From the NCBI GenBank assembly GCA_013239625.1, contig MU054187.1:20304897-20368896 (forward strand): 64,000 nt of DNA. The letters are read 5' to 3'. This DNA is from Lama guanicoe. Its lineage: Eukaryota. This document shows, one piece after another, positions 53,326 through 64,000 of the stretch. Both the position numbers and the translations under genes were made by a program. How positions within the stretch are numbered: the stretch's first letter is position 1; every line of letters begins with the position of its first letter. Under the pieces are notes generated by a model. The model was not told where the DNA came from. It saw nothing but the letters and a program-made list of their open reading frames with translations, and did not search any database.

Positions 53326-53649
53326 CTGCTCTCCTTTGGGAACAGAGACAGCCAAAGATACACAGAGAAATAGATGTTAGTGGACTTATACAGGTGGCTC
53401 TTGGTGTATAACTAGACACAGTTAATAGAAGTAGATCCGCTGATGCTTACAAAATATCACAGAGAAAAATCAGGAGATGGCAAAAGAAAATCTAGGGCGT
53501 AAGGAACTATTTGCCACAATTTGTAGTGGCTTTATCAAAGTGGTACACTGAGAGTTTTCACTGCATCCTCTCTCGTGGCCACATGAGATTAAAAAAAAAT
53601 TAACAAAATGTCAAACACTTCATTGTGAAATACAAAATATTTGAACATA

Positions 53650-54038
53650 TTTATTTTTATTTATTTTCATTGACTGACCCACAACATTATGTTAGTTTGA
53701 TATTTCTGCACATTAAACATGATTTGATGTCTCTATACATTAAAAAGGATTAGTACAGTAAGTCTAGTTACTACACAAAGTTACTACAGTATTACTAGCT
53801 GTATTCCCCTTGCTGTACATTTCATCTCCATGACCAATTTATTTTGTAACTGTAAGCTGTACCTCTTAGTCTGTTCCTGTTCCTGTTTGTTACATTTTTT
53901 CATTGGTTTTTTTTATATTTCACATATAAGTGAAATCATATGGTATTTGTCTTTCTCATTTCACTTAGAACAATATCCTCTAGCATCATGTTGTCATAAA
54001 TGGCAAGATTCCATTCTTTTTTGTGGCTGAGTAATATT

Positions 54039-54075
<37 letters not shown>

Positions 54076-54161
54076 TATCTTCTTTTTCCATTCATCTATC
54101 AATGGACACTTAGGTTGCTTCCAAACTTTGGCTACTGTAAATGATGCTGCAAACCACATGG
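53650..54161 (-). mobile_element. L1MA9-like 3' fragment with (TA)n at 54041-54073
   Basis: AAGTCTAGTTAC...CACATATAAGTGAAATCATATGGTATTTGTCTTTCTC...TGGCTGAGTAATATTCC...ATGGACACTTAGGTTGCTTCCA. Confidence 0.85.
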
Positions 54162-55056
54162 TCTTCTTGAAATCACCAGCTTTCATGGTTATATTAAAAT
54201 GGGATATTTTGATATATTGAGAAAATATAATTTGAATTATTTGTTTAAATTATTTATATTATAACCCTATAATTTATAATAGAGGTTATAAACACAAATA
54301 AACTTTTTCACCACATCCCTCTCACTTTTCTTCTTTTCCTTTATAATAAATGATGGCTTTTCTTACCAAGAAATGAAAGCAAGTGACATCTCTGAGCATC
54401 AGCCTTTCCCTGAAATTCATACTACTCATAGCCTCTCACATATTTGCCCACCACACCAAAGCCCAGGGATTTCGTTAAACATGAACACTGCATTTTTACT
54501 ACTAAATTAGCAGGTGTTGCAGGTAATGACTTAAACCATCTTAAAGCTGATGAATATCAGTAAAATGATCATTTCTACTTCAAGTTTGATTAGATCTTAT
54601 AAGATATACTTATGGTAATTATGAGCATCTGTCATTTGATTTTGGGGAAGAGCATCTGATGTTTTGAAAAGGCATGCTTGGTATGTTGGGTTTGATTCAA
54701 AGACGAAAAGAGAGGAGACTTCATATAAGGACATGTGGAAGTGATATAAATTGGAAAGAATTTTGACATATCCAGATGAATACAAAGTGAGTACTAATTT
54801 CTACTCCTGAAAGGAATAGCTTATCATTTTCTTATATAATAATGAATAAATAAATATGTCATTCATCTCTTGACCAGTTCTTAGAATCTTCCCATGAGTT
54901 CTTTTTTATGAAACCTTCTTCTTTCCTTGTCACTTCATTTGTAATTTCCTTACTGCCCTCAAAAAAACTTGGCACAAGTAACTGGAGAATGTTCTTTGCT
55001 AAGGAAATGAAAAGGGTTGGAAAGGGAAGCATCAGACAAAGACTGAGCTTGGTGTG

Positions 55057-55330
55057 AGTTACTACAACATATTGAATATACTTCCCTGTGCTATACAGTA
55101 GGACCTTGCTGTTTATCTATTTTATATATAGTAGTTAGTATCTGCCAATCTCAAAGTCCCAAGTTATCCCTTCCCACCCCCTTGCCCCCTGGTGACCATA
55201 GTTAGTTTTCTATGTGAGTCTGTTTCTGTTTTGTAAATAAGTCCATTCGTGTCTTTTTTTTTTTTCGATTCCACATATGAGTGATATCATAGGATATCTT
55301 TCTTTTTCTTTCTGGCTGACTTCACTTAGT
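55057..55330 (-). mobile_element. LINE-1 3' UTR internal fragment lacking its tail
   Basis: Collinear with about 26337-26625 of the large L1. Confidence 0.85.
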
Positions 55331-55869
55331 CCTACTGTTCCTGATAACCCCTCACTCCCTATGGCTACCTACTTGAGGATGGGTAGACATCAATCTTTTT
55401 TAAAGAGACTTACTATTTGCTTTTCAGTTTTCCATGTTCCCAATGTGTCCTCTGAGGCAGAATAAATATACTGGCTATGGAATTATGGATAATTTCCCTG
55501 TGTATTTTGGCAATATCGAGGGTTGGAAGTGGGATGGAGACCTGGTCGCTATAAGGACACGGCATTTCTGGATAGTAAGAATGAATGACAGTGAGAAAAA
55601 TCCAGATCACGGACAACTAATTGAATGAGGGAGAAGAGCTGAAAATGATTCTGAATATCAGGCATCTGGAGTTTTGGAGCACATCACATTCAAATGTAAA
55701 GAGAGCGACAGGGTTTCAACTTACTGAGAAAGGAAACCACACTGCAGTTTTTGTTTTGTTTGTTTGTTTGTTTTTCCTGAAATTCCACTATTCTGAAGCA
55801 AGATATGTTACAACGTAATCAATGGCTTGAAAGAAATTGGAATTTATCTGCTATAACCAGAACTCACAC

Positions 55870-56334
55870 CAGCATTAGTTAGACTTTACAGTATAATGTA
55901 TCCTCCAAACCATGTCTTTAGTCTACAACTTGCAGATGAGCCACTTGGGGTCATAGGCACTGTTCTCCGTCTGGTCCAGTTGACTCATGAATCTGCAATC
56001 CGCTGGTGCTGATTTAAGAAGGATCTGGTGTGGGTAGCTGTAGATTAGGTCCTCTCTCCATGCTGTCTCTCATCCTTCGGGAAGGTAATCCCAGGCTTGT
56101 ATATTATGTGGTAGCAACATTTCAAAAGCATCAGGAGATGACAAGCCTTGATGTGCCGTCCCTTTCTAAGGTTCTGCTTCGGTCATGTTTTCTACTAGGC
56201 CATTTGTCAAAGCACAGCAAAGTCAGCCTGAATTCAAAGGATGGAAAAAGACTCCAAACCTTTTGATGAGAGGAATGTAATGGCTAGTGTGGATACATAG
56301 AGGAGAACATTTTGTGCCACTTCTGCAAACTACA
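55870..56334 (-). mobile_element. ERVL-MaLR LTR (MLT1H-like)
   Basis: GACTCATGAATCTGCAATC...CCAGGCTTGT...CCATTTGTCAAAGCA...AGACTCCAAACCTTTTGATGAGAGG...TGCAAACTACA. Confidence 0.7.
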
Positions 56335-58034
56335 GCAAGAGTTTAACAGAGACAATAAACATATATGGTTAAATTCAGGTGAGGAATCAAATTTGACCTG
56401 CTCTCGTCCTCTAAATACTATGCATAACATCCAAACGTTCATTTCATAAAGGTCAGCCTTACATAAGTATTAATTACTTCAGTTGTACTGAGAGGTCAGA
56501 TTAGCCCTAGAAAATTTCCTCCACTTGCTTACTTTTTTATCAAAAGTTAAATCATTTCTATTCATAATTAGATACAATGATGAACATAAAACAAAATAGG
56601 AGTAAATGGAAGAGGGAGAGTCAATATCTTTAATATGTCGTTCAAAATTAATTAAGGTTTTTAGTGCAGTTACAAGCAAAACTGTAATAGGTTGGCAAAC
56701 TCCTTAGTATCATTAGGAAAAAGAACATTATACTTGAAAGAACATTAGAGAGACAATTTTGAAAACAGAAAATATAAGTTAGTTTCTAGACAGATTTTCT
56801 ATTCTGTAGAGGGACATAAAAAAGGGAAAAACAAAGACACCTACTCATACAAGACAGAAAAAAATTCCCTTGAACCAGGCACTTGTTTTATTAGAAAAGT
56901 TAAGCTGGCTGTGCATCTAAGCAAATCAATTTCTTCTTTTGCTCATGGTACCAGAATACTGAAGCAAAGAGTTCACTATTTTTTTCTTAACCGAGTTCAA
57001 AATAATGGCCGTGCTCTACTCCAAATGTGTAAATCAAAATTCCTATATACAAAGCAGAAATAAGAGGTGCTTCCAAGCTAGCATATCACCAACACATTAG
57101 AAATATGTTGTATCTTTTTAATTCCAAAATAATTTTTAAACTAGTGAGAGTAAAAGAAAGTGAAAACGTGTAATTTGATTTTTGCAATAGATTGAAGCAC
57201 TTTTGTTGCTTGAAGGGACTGATTCCAAGTGATTCTATCTTCTTCCAAGAAATGTTTGCTTATGTTTAATTCTGTTAACTACAGATGACTTGTGTGAACT
57301 CAGCTTTGAAAAAAAGCAACTGAGACAGTGACTCACGAATATGCACACCCATGACTTTGTTTTCTCTAAATATGAGCCTTTATTTCACTGGATTTGATGA
57401 AAATTTATTTTGATGTTATAAGATAATTTTCCACTAGACCAAAGCTTGGGAGAATGATGTGACTGCTTTGCTGCTAGAGGGGAAACTTCTCTTTTTCCCC
57501 TGGGGAAGAAACTACTCTGGAGGAATAAATAAAAGACCCTAGAAGTCATTTTCATTTTAGTAAAAGTGGCTTGAAGTTGTTTGGATTTATTTCTTGAAGC
57601 TATGTGTCTGGAAGCCAGTTGGATGTAGTATATCTCTACTCACTGGAAATAGCCACATTATTAAAGTAAGATGTCTAGCTAATCTCAGAGCCAAATGGCG
57701 AGTAAACCATGTAATGTGCATGATGTAGCTGATATCATTTCTGCTGCAATGGGAAATGTCAAGGCATTGGGGAGCCAAGGAGCCCCCAGAAGTTTCCTAC
57801 CAGGATGATGGTCTTGTCCCTGTACTCAGTGTAGGTCTGCAGGAGACACCAATGTACACACCAGATTTAAAATCTCATTGGACAAATCTTCCAGAGTTTT
57901 GTTAAATAAATATTTCCCAGCGTAGGAGACTGTAAGTCAATCTTACTGAATGTTACATGGAAGATAAGCCTACTGTTGCCATATATTTGAGGATCACACT
58001 TTACTGCAAAATTACCCAGTAAAAGTGATTTAAT

Positions 58035-58170
58035 GGGAGGTGGGAGGGTATAGCTCAGTGGTAGAGCACATGCCTAGCATGCATAAGGTCCTGGGTTCAA
58101 TCCCCAGTGCATCCATTAAGTAATTAAAGAAATCAACCTAATTGTCTCCCCACTCCCAAAGGAAAATTTT
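58035..58170 (+). mobile_element. tRNA-derived SINE, Vic-1-like
   Basis: GGGAGGGTATAGCTCAGTGGTAGAGCACATGCCTAGCATGCATAAGGTCCTGGGTTCAATCCCCAGT with intact A and B boxes; TSD AAAAGTGATTTAAT (58021-58034) / AAAAATGATTTAAT (58171-58184). Confidence 0.92.
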
Positions 58171-58602
58171 AAAAATGATTTAATAGATGATGTATATTTT
58201 TGAGATGGGAAATTGCAGTCAGAATTCTCAAAGCCTTCAAGTTCTGCCTCTCTCCTCACCATTCCAAACCATGCGGTATTTCTAGGCGCAAAGAGCTGGT
58301 TCACCATAAGGCCCTTGGAATTTACCATGTGCAATATCGATGGCTGAATCACAATCTAAGAAACAGTGATTGTGTAAGTTAGGTATTAATTATAAATTAA
58401 AGTAAATTAAACCTATTATATGTATATAATTATTTTAAAAATCATGTGTATATGCCTTTTGAGCCAACTTAGTAAGTTTTTTTAGGGAATCGAGATTTAA
58501 CATAGTCCATTGTCAAAAATTTAAAAAAGACATAAAAAATGAAATTTTGTCTGTATCAATAGTATCCAAAGGAAATTTTACTAACACTGTAAATGTCATA
58601 CC

Positions 58603-58762
58603 CCTGTGCTTTCCAAAATGGTGACACTTGTCACATGTGCCTATTAAGCTGTTGAAATGTGACTATGGTAACTGAGGAACTATTTTTAAAATTTTATTAT
58701 TTTAAATGAATTTAAATTTAAATAGCCATATGAGGCTAATAGCTACCCACATGGCTAGTGTC
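58603..58762. mobile_element. MER3-like hAT-Charlie MITE
   Basis: CTGTGCTTTCCAAAATGGT...CACATGTG...TTGAAATGTGACT...ACTGAGGAACT...AAATAGCCATATGAGGCTAATAGCTACC. Confidence 0.75.
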
Positions 58763-61729
58763 TACTAAGTCAAAATATTTTAATTTGAAAAGAATTTTTA
58801 TTTTGCGGAAGATTCAAAGTATACAATTACGAAGAAAAACATTGTTGAAAATTATGATAGCAATCATTGAATTCATAGACCCCACTGACCACAGACATCA
58901 ATATGAAACTACATTTTTTTCTACTCAGATTGTATTAAAATATTGCTATATAGTTTTATAGAAAAATAATTTAAAATCTTTACATTTGACTTGAAATTCC
59001 CAGTCATTACTAGAAAAATCTCAGGAATCACCAATTCCCAGTATTTGCCTAGCACATAGTAAGTGTTCAATCAACATAAATTTGATACATTGAACACTGA
59101 CTGAGTGTAAGAACAAAGGACTAGTCATCTTTGTTATCTATACACTTGGAAGGATCAATGGAAATGGCTGCAACAATAGGAACCCAATAGGATAGGAAAC
59201 TTTAATATCCACGTTCTAATTCTAATACAGCCTAAAATAAGAGCTACCCTGGGAACTGTAATTCTTGGCCATGGACATGACATTTGAACCTCAATCCTGC
59301 CCTCCAAACTAACCAGGAATCAACTTCTCATACCCTTCCTACAATACGCTTCCTTATTTGCAGTCTTGGATGACAAACTAGATGTGGAAATATTATATCT
59401 GGCTTTTCCTCTCGGTATACACCTTCAGGCCAGACTAAGACACGCTGGTTGTGAAGGTAGTGCTACTTAGCTACAGCTGTATTTGTTTTGGAGATAATTA
59501 GTTTTCCATCTGGCATTTAAGGGAGTGAATTACATTTGCTTTAGGGAGAAAACAGAGGAACTATCGCAACTGTGTAACCAACCAAATTCGTCCAATGTGC
59601 ACAGTGTAGGAATGACATATAGCACTTGCGAATTGCCTTAGCAGTTAAAGTGATAAATGGGTAAACTGACTCTGTTTCTGTGGGCAAAGATCTGTGCAGA
59701 AAAATCTCGGTAAACAACTACTGCTGTGGTTGGCAACCTGCTTCTTTGTGCAGTAATTTACTATGCTTATCAATTGGGTGATTCCTGAATTCAGTTTGAA
59801 AACTAATTTAACACGCATGAATTTATAATGAACGACTTAAAGTGATAAGATGCTTACCTATTTAGGTGGAAGTAAGAGCTCCAGGAAATTAAAGGCATAA
59901 ATTCTAACCACATCTTTCAAGAATTACGTGCTATATGTCTTGCAAAGTCATTAAGCCACACATATGTAAATGCACCACTGAATGTATGCAAGAAGGCTAT
60001 GATACTCATGGTACTCTTGTTAAAAAATAAAGCTGTTAATAATTGCTTATGAAAAATGTATCTAGGATAGAATGTAATAATGTTATCAAAGTTATTGAGA
60101 GACCCTTGTGCGAGGAAAAGGCCAGATAACAAAGGCTGTCAGTGCTGGCAGACAGAACATTATTATATGTTGCAATAGGTTTATCTTTCCTGCCTGTTCT
60201 ATCATGTGGCATTTCAATAACTCACTAGAGAGAGGAATCTTTACTATGTGTATCTTCTCTTAGACGTTCTCGTAATAACTAGGGCAGTAAGTCTGCAGTC
60301 TAATGTTGAATCTGGCTTGTTCCAGCTGATATTTCAAAACAAGGTTCTTAGACATCCCCAGTGGAGGCAAACAAGAAAAGATAATATATTCATAACCATC
60401 GCTTCTATTTGAATGATCATAGTGCATCTCAGAGCCATTAGTTAGGAACACAAACAAGAAAATCTCAACCTCCGAGCTTTGCTTTTGATGTTGCTTGAAG
60501 TTTCGGTTCTGAATTGCATATTTAATAAAGTTTTAAAGGATTGCCATAAAAATGCTAAAGTCATGAAGCAAAGAGTAAGCAAACATGAGTTGAAGATGGT
60601 GGTAAACTAACATAAGAGAGAAGACCCTTGTGCTCATTTCTCATTGTTCATTCATTTAGCGATAATAGCTCCAATACTTTCTATTAGGGTAAATCTGAAC
60701 CTTCCACCAGAAGTAAAATTGTTTTCTTAACGTCATTAAATTATATCTCAATATATAACAAATAGCCTATTTTGATTTGAAAATGTCTAATAATAAAATA
60801 AAGACCTAAATCAAAAACATAGCAGAAAATGATGTGAGATTTAGTTCTGTCACATAAATACATTAATGCAGTATTACCAGAACTGCACTTAGGATGCTAT
60901 GCATTTCAAACTACAAATAACTACATGGTTCAGAATTTAATAAATATATTCAAAATTTTGAGAGGTCAGTAAGGGAGCTCTGTGGGTGCTGGGGCAAATC
61001 TGTCTAAGGCTTCTATTTATTTCCCAATTACTATTAAAAATTAACATTCACTCCACTACATGGTTGGCAGTTTTGATGTTTTCCAAAACTTCTGAACTTG
61101 AAAACATTGCCACGTGAAGTGAAACAGCAAACAAGGAATTAATAGCCTTCAATTCTGCTTGGTTCAATTATGAAGTGCAAAATAGATCAAGATCCTGCCT
61201 AATGTTGTATAATTAGAGAGTTAGTAAGTGGAAAATAAGACTTTAAATTTTTGATAAAAATGATCACATTGATTTTAATAAGCAAGGCATTCCATAATCT
61301 TACATTGTCTTAAATTACTTACATTTCATTAAAAATCTTCTCACTCATTCAGTAGCATAATTCAACTGTTTGAAGATGATTTATCTTTATTTTTAGTGAC
61401 ATGAAACTACCAATGTCCAATTTCTCAAAACTCTGTCTTTTTCTTCTACACTTTCCTGAAGTTGACAGACTGTGTGTCACTCCTGATAACAGCAAACTGA
61501 GGAGAGATGTGAAGTCTCTGTTGTGATTTCAAAAGCCTAAGCACGGGTTATAGTCATCTTCACAAAGAATAAGGAACAGAATCACACCGTGATGTTGTTT
61601 CACAGCAGGAAGGACACTACATAGCTAAGAAGTTGTCAGATTTTCCACAACTGGATAGTTCCTCTTAATATATCAAAAAAAAAAAAAAAGATCACCATTA
61701 CTCTTCTCCCATTGTAATCAAATCTTTCT

Positions 61730-62425
61730 ACCATTTCTGCCTTCCTTCTGTCTCAGAAATCACCATTCACTTGCCCAGGTGAGAAAAGCCTACTTCTTCA
61801 GCCTGCCGTACGTGGTTTTCCCATTCAAATCTCCTCATTTTCCCTCTGACTTGTGCATTTCCCACTTATCTTCATGGACACAATACCCACTTTAGTTCAA
61901 ACCATTGGCCCATCATTTCTCCCACAGGTGGCTGCAACGAACGGCCCACTAAATAGCTTTTCTGCTTTTAATCTCTAGCTAAAGCCATCTTTATAAGGCA
62001 CAAATGTGAGAATGTCCCTAACCAATTAAAAATATTTAATGGCTCCACGAATACTGGCTACCATATGTACACTGCATCTAGCATTTTAAAGCCTTTGAGC
62101 CTAACATTAAGGTTTACGTATGATTTGGCATCATTTATCTTTTGTCTGCTACAACTCTTTGATGCTAAATTCTTTATTTTGCTATTTTATAGATAAATAA
62201 GATTTTGGAGGGTATGCATAATATACTTAAAGTAGAGAGCTAATAATTGACAAAATCAGAAAATCTTTCAGCTTATTTGATATTAAATACTAAGAAATTG
62301 ATCTTATTCAATCTCTAGTCTTCTTTACAGTCCCTCACAAATTTTGCAGCATAGAAGAGTTTAGCTACATAATCAACTGCGTATTTTGAGTTTGGTAAAA
62401 TACATAGCTGGGTGAATGAATGAAA
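61730..62425 (+). mobile_element. L2 fragments
   Basis: CACCATTCACTTGCCCAGG...TAGTTCAAACCA...TTTAATGGCTCC..., ending GTGAATGAATGAA. Confidence 0.55.
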
Positions 62426-63549
62426 AAATCCAACTCATATAAATTATTTTCTGCTCATCTATCCTATCATTGTATTATCTTTAAAGGAGATAATTCTAAA
62501 AGGTATTTCAGAATTGCATCTTCTTACTATCTAAAGTAGTAGCTACTACTAGAATAAAAATCCAATGGAGCCATTGATTTCCATGTCAAAATTTCATAAA
62601 TTTGCGAATTGATTTTCATGGGGAAGACAATGGTTTCAATTTTGTTGTAATGAATTGTGAATTATATGCAGGAGTTCTTAAAAATTGCAATTCATTTTGT
62701 CAAAACCAATTGGGAACCAAATTACATATATAACCATGTGTATGTTTACCATATTTCCACCTTGAGATAAAATATGCATTCATATTCATATTTCATGTGA
62801 TCATATCTGCTTAATTAAATACAAGGTCTAATTTCACTTTTAATTTTTTCAACATACATGTTCATTTGAAAGTGTTTCAAGTCTTCATTTGCCTACTGTA
62901 ACTAAACCTATAATAGGGAAAAAAGAAAAATAAAATAGGTAAAATGCACAGAACAGGAATCTCTGCAGGAAAAAATCACTACCTGACATTCAAGAAGCTA
63001 ATTAAAAACTGGGTTGCCTGGTTAAGGCATCTGGGTGATCTATGTCCACCCAATTCTTGTATCTAGGCTTATAAAATTTAAGGATGATGTCCAGTTGACA
63101 AAAATCACACAGCTTGGCTTTTAATTTACAGAAGTCAATGGTAGGTGATAAACTGTGACATGGAGAGAGCATACTAAGTAGAAAGAAACTAAATGCAAAT
63201 GGAGAAACAAAACTATCCCAAAGTTAGGCATTTGCTCTCTTGACCCCAAAGAAATCATATTCCTCAGTGCACTCCTCCCAGAAACCACAGGCAAATAATA
63301 AAATATTCTAATAGACACCCACAAGTGTAATAAGAGATGCCACGGTATGTGACTATCTTCTTGTAGCTGGGCTAATTTGCAATGCAAATTTATTTAATTA
63401 GATTTTCAGAGGATGAGTGAGAATTCAATAAAACTTCAGAATGTCTAGGACCGAGATTATCTCCATTGAAGAGCTCGTGTTAAGTCTTCTTACCATGGAA
63501 CAAAACACAACAAAACAACGGCAACAACACACACCCCACCAGCACACCA

Positions 63550-63666
63550 CGCGGACAGGAGGAGACTTTGGGAGGTGTTGGCTCCCTCTTGCCTTGATTG
63601 CGGTGAGGTCTTCACAGGTGGTTGCATACGTGCAGTTCTTTGTATATTAATTATACCTCAAAAAAT
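63550..63666 (+). mobile_element. L1MC/MD-like extreme 3' end
   Basis: ACTTTGGGAGGTG...CCTTGATTGCGGTGA...TTCACAGGTG...GTGCAGTT...ATTATACCTCAAAAAA. Confidence 0.65.
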
Positions 63667-64000
63667 CTCTATGTTCTATGAACTTTGAGTATCTATTTTG
63701 GGAAAGGCACTGGGCTGATTTCTACAGCGACTCATGAGTTTGATTTATAATTAGAATTATGATATGTATTTTAAAGATACACTTGAATATACATCTCACT
63801 TTTTCTGATTTGTAGTCTTTGAAAGGATCACCTTATTATATTACATCAAATGTAGCTAACGAGGCCAGAGCCTACTTGAAATTTAGGGCAAAATGGCCTG
63901 ATGTGAATTTGAAAGGAAATACAGGCACTAGAAAATAAAGATTCAACAAAGCTGAGGGAAAGAAGTGCCTAGGGTTGGTTGACAGTTTCATTTACACTGA

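Noticed and set aside
58041..58115. tRNA-Ala-like gene (also 40237 and 10081)
   Set aside because: Each is followed by a SINE-specific 3' block and A-rich tail, two with clear TSDs, and the acceptor stem pairs poorly; these are SINEs, not tRNA genes.
986..63650. Remaining 60-110 aa ORFs in the track
   Set aside because: Lengths and F/L/I/K-rich composition are as expected for random AT-rich DNA; many start at TTG/GTG or lie in repeats; no coherent exon chain.

Overview
This is a 64 kb AT-rich, repeat-dense mammalian window with no recognisable host protein-coding exon, RNA gene, CRISPR array or prokaryote-type system; it reads as intergenic DNA or a long intron. Three tRNA-derived SINEs resemble the camelid Vic-1 family, which suggests a camelid genome (inference). 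The only protein-like ORFs belong to a dead, 5'-truncated ~3 kb LINE-1 on the minus strand (about 26190-29157). The rest is L1 3' fragments, L2, MIR, ERV1/ERVL/MaLR solo LTRs, hAT (MER) elements and simple repeats. Family names come from remembered consensus sequences and need a RepeatMasker/Dfam run; boundaries of old repeats are approximate. The most notable points are: a near-perfect 310/308 bp tandem duplication containing an exon-like cassette; a perfect CTCF core in an old LTR; an unusually CpG-rich nested LTR cluster with ETS, Sp1 and GAS motifs; two LTRs inserted at almost the same position of two MIRs; and a candidate recursive splice site. I found no convincing previously undescribed biological system.
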